Source: Tubulanus polymorphus
Taxonomy: Eukaryota; Animalia; Nemertea
Reading direction: 5' to 3'
Length of the DNA stretch: 64,000 nucleotides
NCBI RefSeq assembly: GCF_964204645.1
Contig: NC_134029.1
Location: 7,714,850 to 7,778,849, forward strand
Shown: positions 13,666 to 25,000 of the stretch, in pieces
How the letters are laid out: each line of letters opens with the position of its first letter
Numbering within the stretch: position 1 is the first letter of the stretch
Notes under the pieces: generated by a model
What the model was told of the DNA's origin: nothing
Seen by the model: only the letters and a program-made list of their open reading frames with translations
Database searches by the model: none
Translations under genes and position numbers: made by a program

Positions 13666-14480
13666 TATTTTAATAAACTTTTTAGCTATCAGTTCATTTA
13701 TTGTGGGATTTACTCAAATCGACAATCTAAAAGAAAAACTTAAAACGATTCTTTTTATAGCGAAATCTTTTAGAGATAGCGCTCGATTGCTATGAGTAAT
13801 TTTCGAAATTGAGACGACGTCATTACCAGTGTCTTTGTTATTAAGACTTCAGTTATTTCTAGTTTGATTCGGGGTTTCTCAACTTTGGAAACAGCTAAAA
13901 GTCTATGTAAAAAACCAATATATTACCAAGTTAGCTACCAAGGCTAATCGACTTGATTCGAGTATTTCTATTTCCATAGTCAATTTCATATTCATATAAC
14001 AACATTGTTGAAGCTGTTTTAGAGCACGTGAAAAATATTACAACGACGCATTATTTTGGGACAATGCTAATGCATTTTTCCTAAAAAAAGAAAATAATTT
14101 TCAATTGAACTTCCACTTTTAAACTACCCTGCCCGTTAAATCAACTTACCGGTAATATTTCTAATTTTTGTAAAATATCTCTCCGTCACGTAGCATTGAT
14201 TAGCAAAATGCATTACGACTATTTCTCGTGACCTGCTGGTTATCAACAAATCCTTAGAAATATGAATCAATTACTTTTGAACGATTACGGCATGAAAACC
14301 TTCAGTTCGAAAATGCATATCGAAAAAACAAAGGCATCTTAGATTATTTTATGCTGATACGAAATTCAAATTGATACGTATGTAAGACGCTATTTTGCCT
14401 TGTTCAATCACTCCGTCAAATTCTTCTCATTTTCAATGCTGTGTCAGTTACTCGTATGGTCTATAACTTAGTTCTGATTT

Positions 14481-14523
14481 TGTTCTGATGAAGGCAACAT
14501 GGGTTTGCCGAAACATGTCAACA
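14481..14523 (+). ncRNA. Minimal type-I hammerhead ribozyme motif with GUC cleavage triplet
   Basis: TGTT-CTGATGA-A-GGCAA(CATGGGT)TTGCC-GAAA-CATG-TC-AACA: stems I and II intact, palindromic CAUG in stem III, predicted cut after C14519. Confidence 0.88.
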
Positions 14524-15119
14524 TGTCAACAATATTTTGCCGAAGTATGTCAACAATATTTTTAACAATAAAAAGGATCTAAAACGTTTGCCTTTGCTAG
14601 CTAGTTTTGTATGGTATTGCGCAAATCAAAATTTGGAGTCCACAAGTAGTGAATCAATCTAACGTACATCATAACATCCCATTTTTCTGAATTTGCAAGC
14701 ATTTATTTCTTCTTTATACCTAAACGCGTTCTTCCACGAGTGTTTTAACGATAGCCAGGTAACTGTAATCGCTTGTGAATTCCGATAGATGTCACCTGAG
14801 TCGCAGATGACGTCGAACACTTTGAATGATATCTGCGCGCCTCTGTCGCTGTATCTCGTCCATTCAGTTGCTGTGATTGCTTTCCTTTCATAATTCTCAG
14901 CCAGAAACGCCGGCGTCGTACGTGTGAAACGGAGATAATACGAGTCTTTTATACTCGAAATCAGCGACAGTTCGAAGACGATGCGGTGACTCTGTATCTT
15001 CGAGACATTCATTCAAGAGGTTCCAGGGTAAATGGGCGATCCGAGGATATAATATAGCAAAAGGAAATCGGTTAATGGATGCGAGTGTCGAATTTTTATC
15101 GGTGAACACCGTGGAAAAA

Positions 15120-17280
15120 GAACGGTATCTACAAGAACTCTTTGATAATTTTTAAAAATCGAGCCTATTACGACCCCCGCGGACGAAATGCCCTATTTAT
15201 CTACTTTAATGATACCATTTTGATCGCGATTGTATCGAAAAACTCACACATTGATAGACGTGAGAAACATGTAGGACAAGCACGTGAGGGAAGGAAGTTG
15301 ATATATTAAATGTATAGAACGATAACCACACTCAAACGTGGTAAACGGATAATAAGATAAAAACCCACTATCTACAAATTAAGAGAATTTAAAAACAAGA
15401 AATCTATTTATTCGAACAATCTAAAATATATAAAATACACGACGTTTCGATCTCACCCTAGATCATCGTCAGGTGTGAATGAAATATAAATTAAATATAT
15501 ATTGCCTTGAAAAAGTTGAGGTAGAAGCACGGCCAGCCCAGCCCAATATTGCCTTTAAAAAGTTGAGGTAGGTGCACGCCCAGCCCATTCCTGGGTCCAT
15601 CAAGTAAATACCATTTTCAAAAGTAGAACATTTTCAAGTCATGGAATTTTCTATAAACACTTTTGAATGATCGAGGAAACACCACTGCCAAGATTATTAT
15701 TTTTTCGTCATGATTTCACGTTTCGTCGGTAGTAGTAAACACATCGAATAGAAAGTATATCCATCATGAAGAAGTCCACCATCGCAGCGAATCTAAGAAA
15801 TCCACTTCAAGAATCTATTGCAAACGACAGGTGCTATGATTTGTATCGGAATTATGTATTGAATGTATTGTGGTTTCGATGAATAATTGAAGTATCTACA
15901 AGAGTTGCCAAATATTTTTTCGACATCTTTCATACGACTCCCGCATAGATGAAATGCCCTACTATTGTTATATAACTATTTATTATCCAGATTACGTAAA
16001 GGAACCACACGTCGATAATCTTATTGACACCGGGCTGCGTGAGGGGAAGAGAGTAACACAAGTAAAGATATCATATATTGCCTTTAAAAAAGGTGAGGTA
16101 GGTGCACGCCCAGCCAGGCCCTGCTGCGTCCATCAAGTAAATACTTTTTTCAAAAGTTGAACATTTCAAGTCGTGGAATTTTCTACACTCTTGAATGTTA
16201 TTCATCCAAGAAACACGACTGCCAAGATCATTATTTTCTCTTCATGATAGAAAGTATACCCGCAACGTACATTGATACGATATGTTAGAATACTTTCGAT
16301 TGAAGAAGTTCCACCGTCGCAGAGAATCTAAGAAAGTGACTTCATGAATCTATTGCAAATGATAGGTGCTATAATTTGTATCCGAATCGTTGTGGTTTCG
16401 ATGAATAATTGAAGTATCTACAAGAGTTGCCAAATATTTTTTCGACATCTTTCATACGACTCCCGCATAGACGAAATGCCCTACAATTGTTATAAAACTA
16501 TTTTTCATCCAGATTACGTTAAGGAACCACACGTCAATAATCTTATTGACACCACGGGCTGCATGCGTGAGACACTTGTTAGACAAGTACCCGAGGGGAA
16601 GAAAGTAACACAAGTAAAGATATCATATATCGCCTTTAAAAAAGGTGAGGTAGGTGCACGCCCAGCCAGGCCCTGCGTCCATCAAGTAAATACTTTTTTC
16701 AAAAGTTGAACATTTTCAAGTCGTGGAATTTTCTACACTCTTGAATGTTATGTCATCCATTTACGAAATGCCCTACAATTGTTATAAAACTATTTTTCAT
16801 CCAGATTACGTTAAGGAACCACACGTCGATAATCTTATTGACACCACGGGCTGCATGCGTGAGACACTTGTTAGACAAGTACCCGAGGGGAAGAAAGTAA
16901 CACAAGTAAAGATATCATATATCGCCTTTAAAAAAGGTCAGGTAGGTGCACACCCAGCCAGGCCCTGCGTCCATCAAGTAAATACTTTTTTCAAAAGTTG
17001 AACATTTTCAAGTCGTGGAATTTTCTACACTCTTGAATGTTATGTCATCCAGGAAACACGACTGCTAAGACAATTATTTTTTCGCCACGTTTCGCTAGTA
17101 GTACACACCAAATAGAAAGTATACGCGTCACGTACATAAGATATGATATGCAAGAATACTTTCGATTGAAAGTTCCACCATCGCAGATAATTTAAGAAAT
17201 CGACTTCAAGAATCTATTGCAAACGATAGATGCTATAATTTGTATCCGAATCGTTGTGGTTTCGATGAATACTTGAAGTT
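15120..17280 (+). repeat. Degenerate tandem array of ~300-520 bp units (about 4 copies)
   Basis: Blocks such as AAGTATCTACAAGAG, GAAATGCCCTAC and GAGGTAGGTGCACGCCCAGCC recur; 16473-16760 and 16764-17050 are nearly identical. Confidence 0.9.
15437..15476 (-). ncRNA. Minimal type-I hammerhead ribozyme motif (minus strand)
   Basis: Reverse complement reads ACAC-CTGACGA-T-GATCT(AGGGTG)AGATC-GAAA-CG-TC-GTGT; AATAAA and a GTGGGTTTT tail follow downstream (to ~15355). Confidence 0.82.
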
Positions 17281-17877
17281 GATTTCTTTCTCCAATGTGA
17301 TTTATCGATTGATACAGACATATTGTTTTCATTTAGTATCATTTCCAGTACGCGAAAGTCGCTTTATTCGTACCGTATAGAAATGCGATTTTGCGGCGAT
17401 TGGGCGCATTGTTAAGCTCTTAGTCGCGATGAGCTCGGCGTAATGAATAGAACTATCGCTAGGGAACAAGATACCAGATCACGAACGATCAAGATTTTTT
17501 GTGTCGTGTTCAACGTCGAATGAGTAACGCATGATACCGACAGTACATTGGGTGTGGCGCTGTAAGAATCAGTCGGAAATAGTGTTAACGCTCCGGTAAC
17601 GTGGCTATGAGCTAAGAATCGCTATTCGAGAGATAATTTATTTTCATCGTCTAATCTGAAAAAAAACTACACGGAAAAAGAATTGGCTTGTTTCTTTGCG
17701 GCGTGTATTGCTCCGAAATAAGAAACGCAATTTACGAAACGCTGTTTCGCTAAACAAGAAGCATTGTCATTCGATTTCTGTTGGCGATGTCTCAGTAGCT
17801 AAAAAGGAAACATCGGCACACAATGTAACAAGAAGCAGGTCACATGGCTAAATAAAAGCCACCATTTTGATGACGTG

Positions 17878-17990
17878 CGGACACAATCCCACAGACCAAA
17901 ATCCCACAGCCTATATTCCCACATCCAAAATAACATGAGCCAAAATCCCACATAATTCCGGACAAAATACCACAATCAAGTATTCTAGGA
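17878..17990. mobile_element. Single arm of a MULE-like element (AAAATCCCACA subterminal repeats)
   Basis: Repeated aatcccaca motifs resembling the arms of the 58108-58894 element. Confidence 0.4.
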
Positions 17991-19115
17991 TGTATAATGT
18001 ATGTCATAATGCTGTTCAAATATTTCATTCTTGAAGAACGTCTCAAAAGTTGTGAAATTCTCTAACGTGAATAGTCAGTTTGTTGCCATTTGGGCCCTTG
18101 ATCTACTGTAATAATAAATAATGAGTAGACACTTATCATTATTGTTATGTCTAATGTGTTCACGCTGAGTTACTTCGCTTTGAGCGACAGCGGGCGAACA
18201 ATGATGATATAAACGCAAAATCCGTTTCTCGTTTTGAGGCTTTACATCTATTATCTAAGTATCCGAAAAGAAACCGTTTTCCATCAAATTCAAATTCTAG
18301 ATTGATTCTGTATGATATATGTTGACCAATTCTTATTCAAAATACTGATTATATTGTGAATCATCCGAAACAGTGGACCATTGGCAGTTTAGAATGTCTG
18401 TAAAAAGGCCCCAATCGTTTGTGTTTTTTTACAGACTCGCGGGATCAATTTTCTGCGATACGCGTCGTGTCGTTCAATCCTGCAATAACGTCCTTCAAAG
18501 TAAATCACGCATTTCGATGCAAATAAACGGCACCTTTTAAGACAGTGTTCCACTCTTAAAGCACCGACAATTTAATTGCTTAACGTGTGCTCCAATAATT
18601 GTTCCCGGGAGCACGAGACCGAGTGAGAGTGGTTTAGAACGCGATCTTGTTAGTGCCTCTTTCATCTGTCAATTTGAACACATTCGCGTTATGCTTTTTA
18701 GCAGAGGGACTACACGACTGTCGGGCATAAAAGTCATTTTTTGAACATTGCCACGGATTTATCGAATTAGCTGATTAATTTAATGGGTATCTATCGAGAA
18801 CCACGTTGAATCCGTCTATTGAAATCGGAATTTCTTGAGCATGCATTTTCTGATTTTTGTCCCCATCGTTCACAGGCGTATTTACATAAGGCCATTCGTA
18901 ATCCATTTGTCTACCGAAATGTACATAACAACATCGAGAAAATACATCTTGATAGAATATGACATCTCTATGGAATATTGAAGATCTTGATAAAGATAGA
19001 ATTGTATATTCAAGTCGAATTTACTAAGCCGTTTGTTAAGGTGTCAAAATCAAACGAGGTGAAAGGAGATTTTCTACAAAATATTCAAGAAACATATAAT
19101 TAACAATGATCTTAC

Positions 19116-19433
19116 CCATCGTTTTTTAGGCGGACCAAAAGCTTTCACAGCGGCTACAGCTGAAGGGGTCGTAGCTTGTGATGTATAGATACTGGTATGG
19201 CACGTGTTAGATTGACTTGTAGCAGGGACTGTTGTGGAGTGGACGTTATTGCAGATGGTAGTTCGCTGGTTTGTGGTACCGACCGCCGAAGGAGAAGCAG
19301 ATACTGATGTGGCTAGTTTCACTGATGTAGTCAGTGGGTGATTTCGTCTTGAAACCGGGGGCCGACGCATTGATTTACGAAGGCTCTCCCGGTTCTTCCG
19401 TATCATAGTTCCCTTGCGGGTTAACATTGACAT
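19116..19433 (-). CDS. Candidate first coding exon (106 codons, MSMLTRKGTMIRKNRESLRKSMRRPP...GPPKKRW) of an unidentified gene
   Basis: Strong polypyrimidine acceptor (TTTTTCAG at 19462-19461), in-frame TGA upstream of the ATG, ACAACAATG start context, basic then Ser/Thr-rich frame, phase-0 donor TGG|GTAAGA at 19115. Confidence 0.55.
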
Positions 19434-19849
19434 TGTTGTGTGTCACCCACAAGAGAAAAACTGAAAAAAAAGAAAAAAAGAATACAAAATAAGTCTTGAG
19501 AATCGTTTGAACCTGGTTTGTTTTGCCTAAAAGCATCACTAATCCCGGTGTACCAGATAAGGAATCCTCTGTAAAAAAGTGCTGAATTGTAATCAAAACG
19601 TTATTTCGCAAGCGTCGTCGACAGCAAATAGTTTTACAATCTCCACCGTCAAACGACGATGGGCAAATATCATCAGACACAATGTCGGATAAGAATCAAT
19701 CCCTGGGTATCGTCTGCAAACGAAATTCGACAAGAGATAGAACGTGAAAAATTAGAGAAAAAATTGAGATTTTCATGGGAGAATGTATTAATTCAACTAA
19801 ACTGACAGTCTGCCATTTGATTAATCTTTAGATACAAAATACGAAATGA

Positions 19850-20990
19850 TATTCTTCTTTCTTCTTTAAGACCATTTGTGCTGGTAGGACCTCGACTAGT
19901 GTAATCAAGGTCTGACGACCAGCTGCCTTTCTTTTCGGGCTGTTTCCATGTCAGATATTTTTCTTCCATATATATCTTTCTCTGAACATGGAAATCCTCC
20001 AGATTTCTTTGAGCCGACCTCTTTTTCTCTTGCATTGAGATGAACGCGAAAAAGTAACTCCTGGTGGACCAGTAGGTGTTCCAAGGATGTGTGCCGGGCA
20101 GTGCCATCTTCTCTTCCCGACCAACTCAGAGATGGGTCTCAACTTTACCCATTGCAGCAGGTCTTGGATATTGACGCTTCTTTCCAGCAGATACTTTTTT
20201 TCTTTGAGTTCGGAAGGTGTCTAGCTTCGCGGTTATCCCGTTCGTCATCTTCGAAGATTCGCAGCCATATAGAGTAGCCTACTCTCAGGACGTTGCTTTT
20301 GAATATCCGTAGCTTGGTGACGTGACTTGGGTTTTCTGCAGGATCTCGAAACTGTCCAAAAAATTCCAAAAACGCTTGGTTAGCTTTTGTCGGCCTGCTT
20401 TATTCAACTATCAACTTCATTATCTCCATCGGTGGACAGCCTTGTTCTAGGATAATCATAATTCAGTATTCACTGGATGGCCACGGATGGAAACTGGTTG
20501 CGCACTTTTCGGATTCAGTTTCATAACATGCGCCTTGAGAATATTGATATTGAGTCCAATTTTTCAGCGTTGGTCTGTCTGTTTAATAAATCCCACCATT
20601 TACAGGTTAAAAGTAATAAAAACCAATAATTTATTGAATCAAAAAATAATATTAAAAGAATGACTTTCCCTAGAGATCATCGTCAGGTGTCACAGGTGAT
20701 TCAATGACTTATCGGTTTTTGTTACTTTTAGTCTGTAAATAGCGGGTTTTTATCACACCGTCTACTCTCCACGATTGTGGCTATTCTGTCTGCCTTTTCT
20801 CGACTATCGATGCGATGACAGGACAGGACAGGATATAATACTCACATCACCGGCAATGTCGAGATCCTCAAGCATTATTGTCAATTTGGTACCCGTTCAT
20901 TTTCTATCAGCTGAGCCAGTCAATTGCCATGACAAATAGGAGAGGAGATGATGTGCAGTCTTGCTTGACGCCAGTTTCAACGCGGAACTT
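19850..20990 (-). mobile_element. Decayed RTE-clade LINE fragment (RT domain to 3' end)
   Basis: Translated remnants VETGVKQDCTSSPLLFVMAIDWL, MLEDLDIAGDV (cf. LEDLDFADD), TKLRIFKSNV and KRRWHCPAHIL occur in RTE order, with stops and frameshifts. Confidence 0.8.
20586..20755 (-). mobile_element. Penelope-like inverted-arm unit with decayed hammerhead, nested in the RTE remnant
   Basis: 20586-20630 is inverted versus 20709-20755; minus strand 20662-20690 reads ACAC-CTGACGA-TGATCTCTAGG-GAAAGTC with the stem II partner lost. Confidence 0.6.
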
Positions 20991-21704
20991 GACTACATTG
21001 ACGTGTTTCATTGGCTACTACAAACCCATTTATGTTTCGCTGCGTGTCAAAAGCTTACGAAATAACAATATCAACATATTCGAAATAGAAAGAGACACAC
21101 GTTCGAATTTGCATATTCACGATATGCGATCGATTCAAATAAAGGCCTACCACTAGTAATGATATACACTCATCTGAAAAAAACGTTGTATAAAGCTACA
21201 CTAAATGCTTCATCAATTAGCAATGACTCTTCGGACTATATATGGCGAAAATATATTTCTGTATTTTCAAATCAGGGTGATAACAACAACAGAACGACAT
21301 GACGCTTTGCTTTGTCTCGTTATTTTTATTTTCGTTTTGTTTCGTTTCGTTTTTCGCACAACATATATAGGAATCACAATCAAATATGCCTTTAAAGTTA
21401 ATTGAATAATGCATTTAAAATGTATGGGTGATTGTTAATTTAAACTTCGGCAAGGAATGAAGATATCGCTTGCATAACTAAGTTAGTTTGTCCTGGAAAA
21501 TAATGTGCAGTATTTGCCGCGGGCACGACTTTAAAAATGACATCGTATACTAACATTTGACGCAGAAAAGCACGTATTCCTTGAAATGACAGATAATAGT
21601 TATGCTAATACTACCGTTGACCCTACTTCAGTGGTATCATTTCAAAATGTGATCAAAAGGAATTCACAGATCGATTTCTTTCACGGATTCAAATTAACTA
21701 AGAT

Positions 21705-23896
21705 AATAAGCCTTTTTACAGTTTCCAGGCGTCATTTTTTTTGGTACCCGCCGGGTCCGCATTGTTGAATTTTTTGTCCCTATTTTTCTCCGGTTTAGTT
21801 TTTTTATTTCGTTCATATCTCTGGATTTGATTAAGATAGAAACAAAGTAAAAATATTGATGAACTCGGCTGATAATAAACTTTTTTATGATATCACTCAT
21901 TTATAAAGTTAATGCAACAATGTGCGCTGGTGAAGTTATAAACATTGATATCGTCTTCCCGATAATTCAACTTGAATTAATGCTCATCTCATTCAAAAGT
22001 TCGTAATTCTTACAAATATTAATCTACATTTTTGAAATCTTCAGGACCAATAGCCATCTATATGTGGTCTTATATACCTTTTACCGTTTTCAATTATCTT
22101 TATTAGTTTTTAAGTAATTGCGAGTCAAACTTCCAAAACACGTTTTCTAGAGTATCATGTGTGCATATTTATATCAAGAAATTTGCCAATTTAACCGGTC
22201 CTACATTGTTAAAATCAAAATTTTCAGTAACTATGGAAACAAGGGCACCTAGTTATTTGAAAAAAATGGTAAATAGAGATATATTTCTAGTAACACAGGG
22301 ACAGACTACGGGTTTGGAGGGTCGGTAGTCCGGACCCCTGCAACTTCCCATTAAGATTACCATCTTTGTCAAGACAGTGATCGCATAAAACTTACAAATC
22401 TATCACTCATCCTCTTGCAAATTAAATTGTTTTGGATGTATTTGTTTCAACACCGAGGGGCACCCTACTCACAGCCTTAAACCACGGAAAATGTCCTTAT
22501 TTTTGGACCCCTCTCCCAATCATCTAAGATAGTCAAAAAAGTCGAAATAAGTCTTAGTGTCAGGCATTTAAGTTTCATTGATCTCCTGTCTATATTATAT
22601 CGTTTCACAGTATATTGCATCAATGAAATATGGCCGTTGGCAGGTGATTCTGGAGCCAGTTGCTCAAAAGTTAACCATCAGAAATACCATGGTGTAATGG
22701 CGAGCACTCGGTCTTCAGTTAAATACCGGTACCCGATTTACATTTTTGAATTTTCAGCAGCAGCTCCACACAAATGGAGGCAGCCACGGCTGTGTCAAAC
22801 TTGAGGCTTGCAAACCGTTGGATCGGCTTTGCTTTTTTGAGAATGTTCGATGTTCGATCTTTATTACTGATCGTGACAAGAGCTGGAAGGTGTTTCAAAT
22901 TGAATTTGAATATATTTGGCTTAGTCGATTGTGTTGAAAAGATTGGAACTTTGGAATATATAAGTAAGGAACATAACTTTCGTTTACTTTCTGTCAAAAT
23001 TGATCTCGTGTGTTTGATAGTTGTTTTGAGATTTGGCACGAATTCTAAGTTAGTTTTGATCACACAAGGTCTGTATTAGCCCACTTCACGTAAGTAGCCA
23101 TGCAAATTTGCGACGGCAATGCGACGCAGCATTGAGACTTTGGTCCTCATACATGTGCCACATAATGTCTGACTTTCACATTTGCAATCGTATACCCGTA
23201 CGTGCAGTTTTGGAATCGAATGAAACACGTTGGACAAAATGATCTGTTGTGAACCTAGGTAGCTGGTTAAAGCAACACCTGGTTTATTTTGTTTATTTTG
23301 ACAAATCCTAGAGAATATATATCTTTAATAACCACTTTTCAAAAACCTAGGTGCCCTTATTTCCATGGTTACTTAATAAATTGATTTTCAACAAAGTAGG
23401 GACCGGTGAAATTGTGAAATTTCCTGATATAAAGATGCACCCAGGGGACCCGGGAAAACGAGTTTTGGAAGTTTGACTCGCAATTACTTAAAAACTAATA
23501 AGGATAATTGAAAACAGTAAAAGGTATATAAGACCACATATAGATGGCTATTGGTTCTGAAAATTTCAAAAATGTAGATTAATATTTGTAAGAATTACGA
23601 ACTTTTGAATGAGATGAGCAATAATTCAAGTTGAATTATCGGGAAGACGATATCAATGTTTATAACTTCACCAGCGCACATTGTTGCATTAACTTTATAA
23701 ATGAGTGATATCATAAAAAAGTTTATTATCAGCCGAGTTCATCGATATTTTTACTTTGTTTCTATCTTAATCAAATCCAGAGATATGAACGAAATAAAAA
23801 AACTAAACCGGAGAAAAATAAGGACAAAAAATTCAACAATGTGGACCCGGCGGGTACCCAAAAAAATGGCGCCTGGAAACTGTAAAAAGGCTTATT
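21705..23896. mobile_element. 2.2-kb non-autonomous foldback-type DNA element with ~590-bp inverted arms
   Basis: 21705-~22140 is nearly identical to the reverse complement of ~23460-23896, with a further ~150 bp more diverged; ends A-AT-AAGCC...GGCTT-AT-T (possible AT TSD, ISL2EU-like). Confidence 0.85.
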
Positions 23897-24699
23897 GTAC
23901 CACACGCGCTCAATCTTTATCATCAATTTCAGCATTTGCTAACTGTTAATGCTCACAGGGCTATTACCCGACTAACCGCTGTTGTGTAAGATTTAAACCC
24001 TAGATCCAATTATCAGGTTTCAAATCTGATGGATTATTTGAGTCAATCCGAAGACTGCATGATAGCCCGACTTGGTCTTCATTCTAAGATTGTTTGTAAG
24101 GCAAAAGAATGAAATGTTTATTCTAGAGGAAAACAAATTTGGTTAATACTCTGAATTGGTGACTTTTGTTGAAAATAACAAAATTTATAGTTTCGTTATA
24201 GGTGAATCTAGTTGAGAAGCCAAGTCAAGACGGTAATGCCGCATTGACCTCTCCCAATACGCCTCTGTATACGATCCAGGTAACATACGGTTACCAGTTT
24301 GGTCGATCGAATCTGCCAAGTCTGCCAGAAGCCGTCTCGTAAATTGGAATTTATGACGGCTATACTCTCTGCAGGTGAATATATAAACACAGTGATTATT
24401 ATCGTGAATTGGTCGCGAATGTTTTCAGTTCTAGTGTATACCTACGGGCAAATAAGCGACACTCGAATCATACGAAATCCAGTAGCTAAGACACGGAGCG
24501 AGGTTTTACTACTCGAGATTGGGTTTGCGTGACATTATTCTCTCGGGACCAACGCGGGTTATTGTACCCGCGTTACAGTGACATAACTCTACTGGTCGGG
24601 ATTGAAAAAACATGTTATTGTACCGGGAGAAGACGAATCACCGCTCACAAATCTGAATTGTGTACAATGGAGCTCTCGCAACCCCTCGTATAATCGATC

Positions 24700-25000
24700 A
24701 AGCAAGATGTTAAATTCGCTTGCATTGTCTACCTTCAGATAATTTCATCAACGACTTCCTTATCTATGTCGTTGAAGAATGCTTCTACCACAGTATTGGG
24801 GGAAGAGTTCCGCAGTTAACAACGAGCAATCTCAAGTGTTTATCTCTGGTCGAACATATTCACCCTGGGCAGTACCGCTTCCATATAGTGCGTGCTTCGG
24901 AATATTCGAGTTCCGACCAGCTCTAGATAGTCAGTCGTCCCCACCTAGATATCATAGATATATAATGAAACCCTTTGAACAATGGGCAGTACGTTTCGTA
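24700..25000 (-). mobile_element. Possible CR1-type LINE 3' remnant
   Basis: Minus strand CGTTGTTAACTGCGGAACTCTTCCCCCAATACTGTGGTAGAAGCA resembles a frameshifted RVVN.WNSLP..VVEA CR1 C-terminal motif. Confidence 0.35.

Noticed and set aside
21694-23949. Twin ORFs MSDIIKKFIISRVH on opposite strands
   Set aside because: They are translations of the two inverted arms of a non-coding element.
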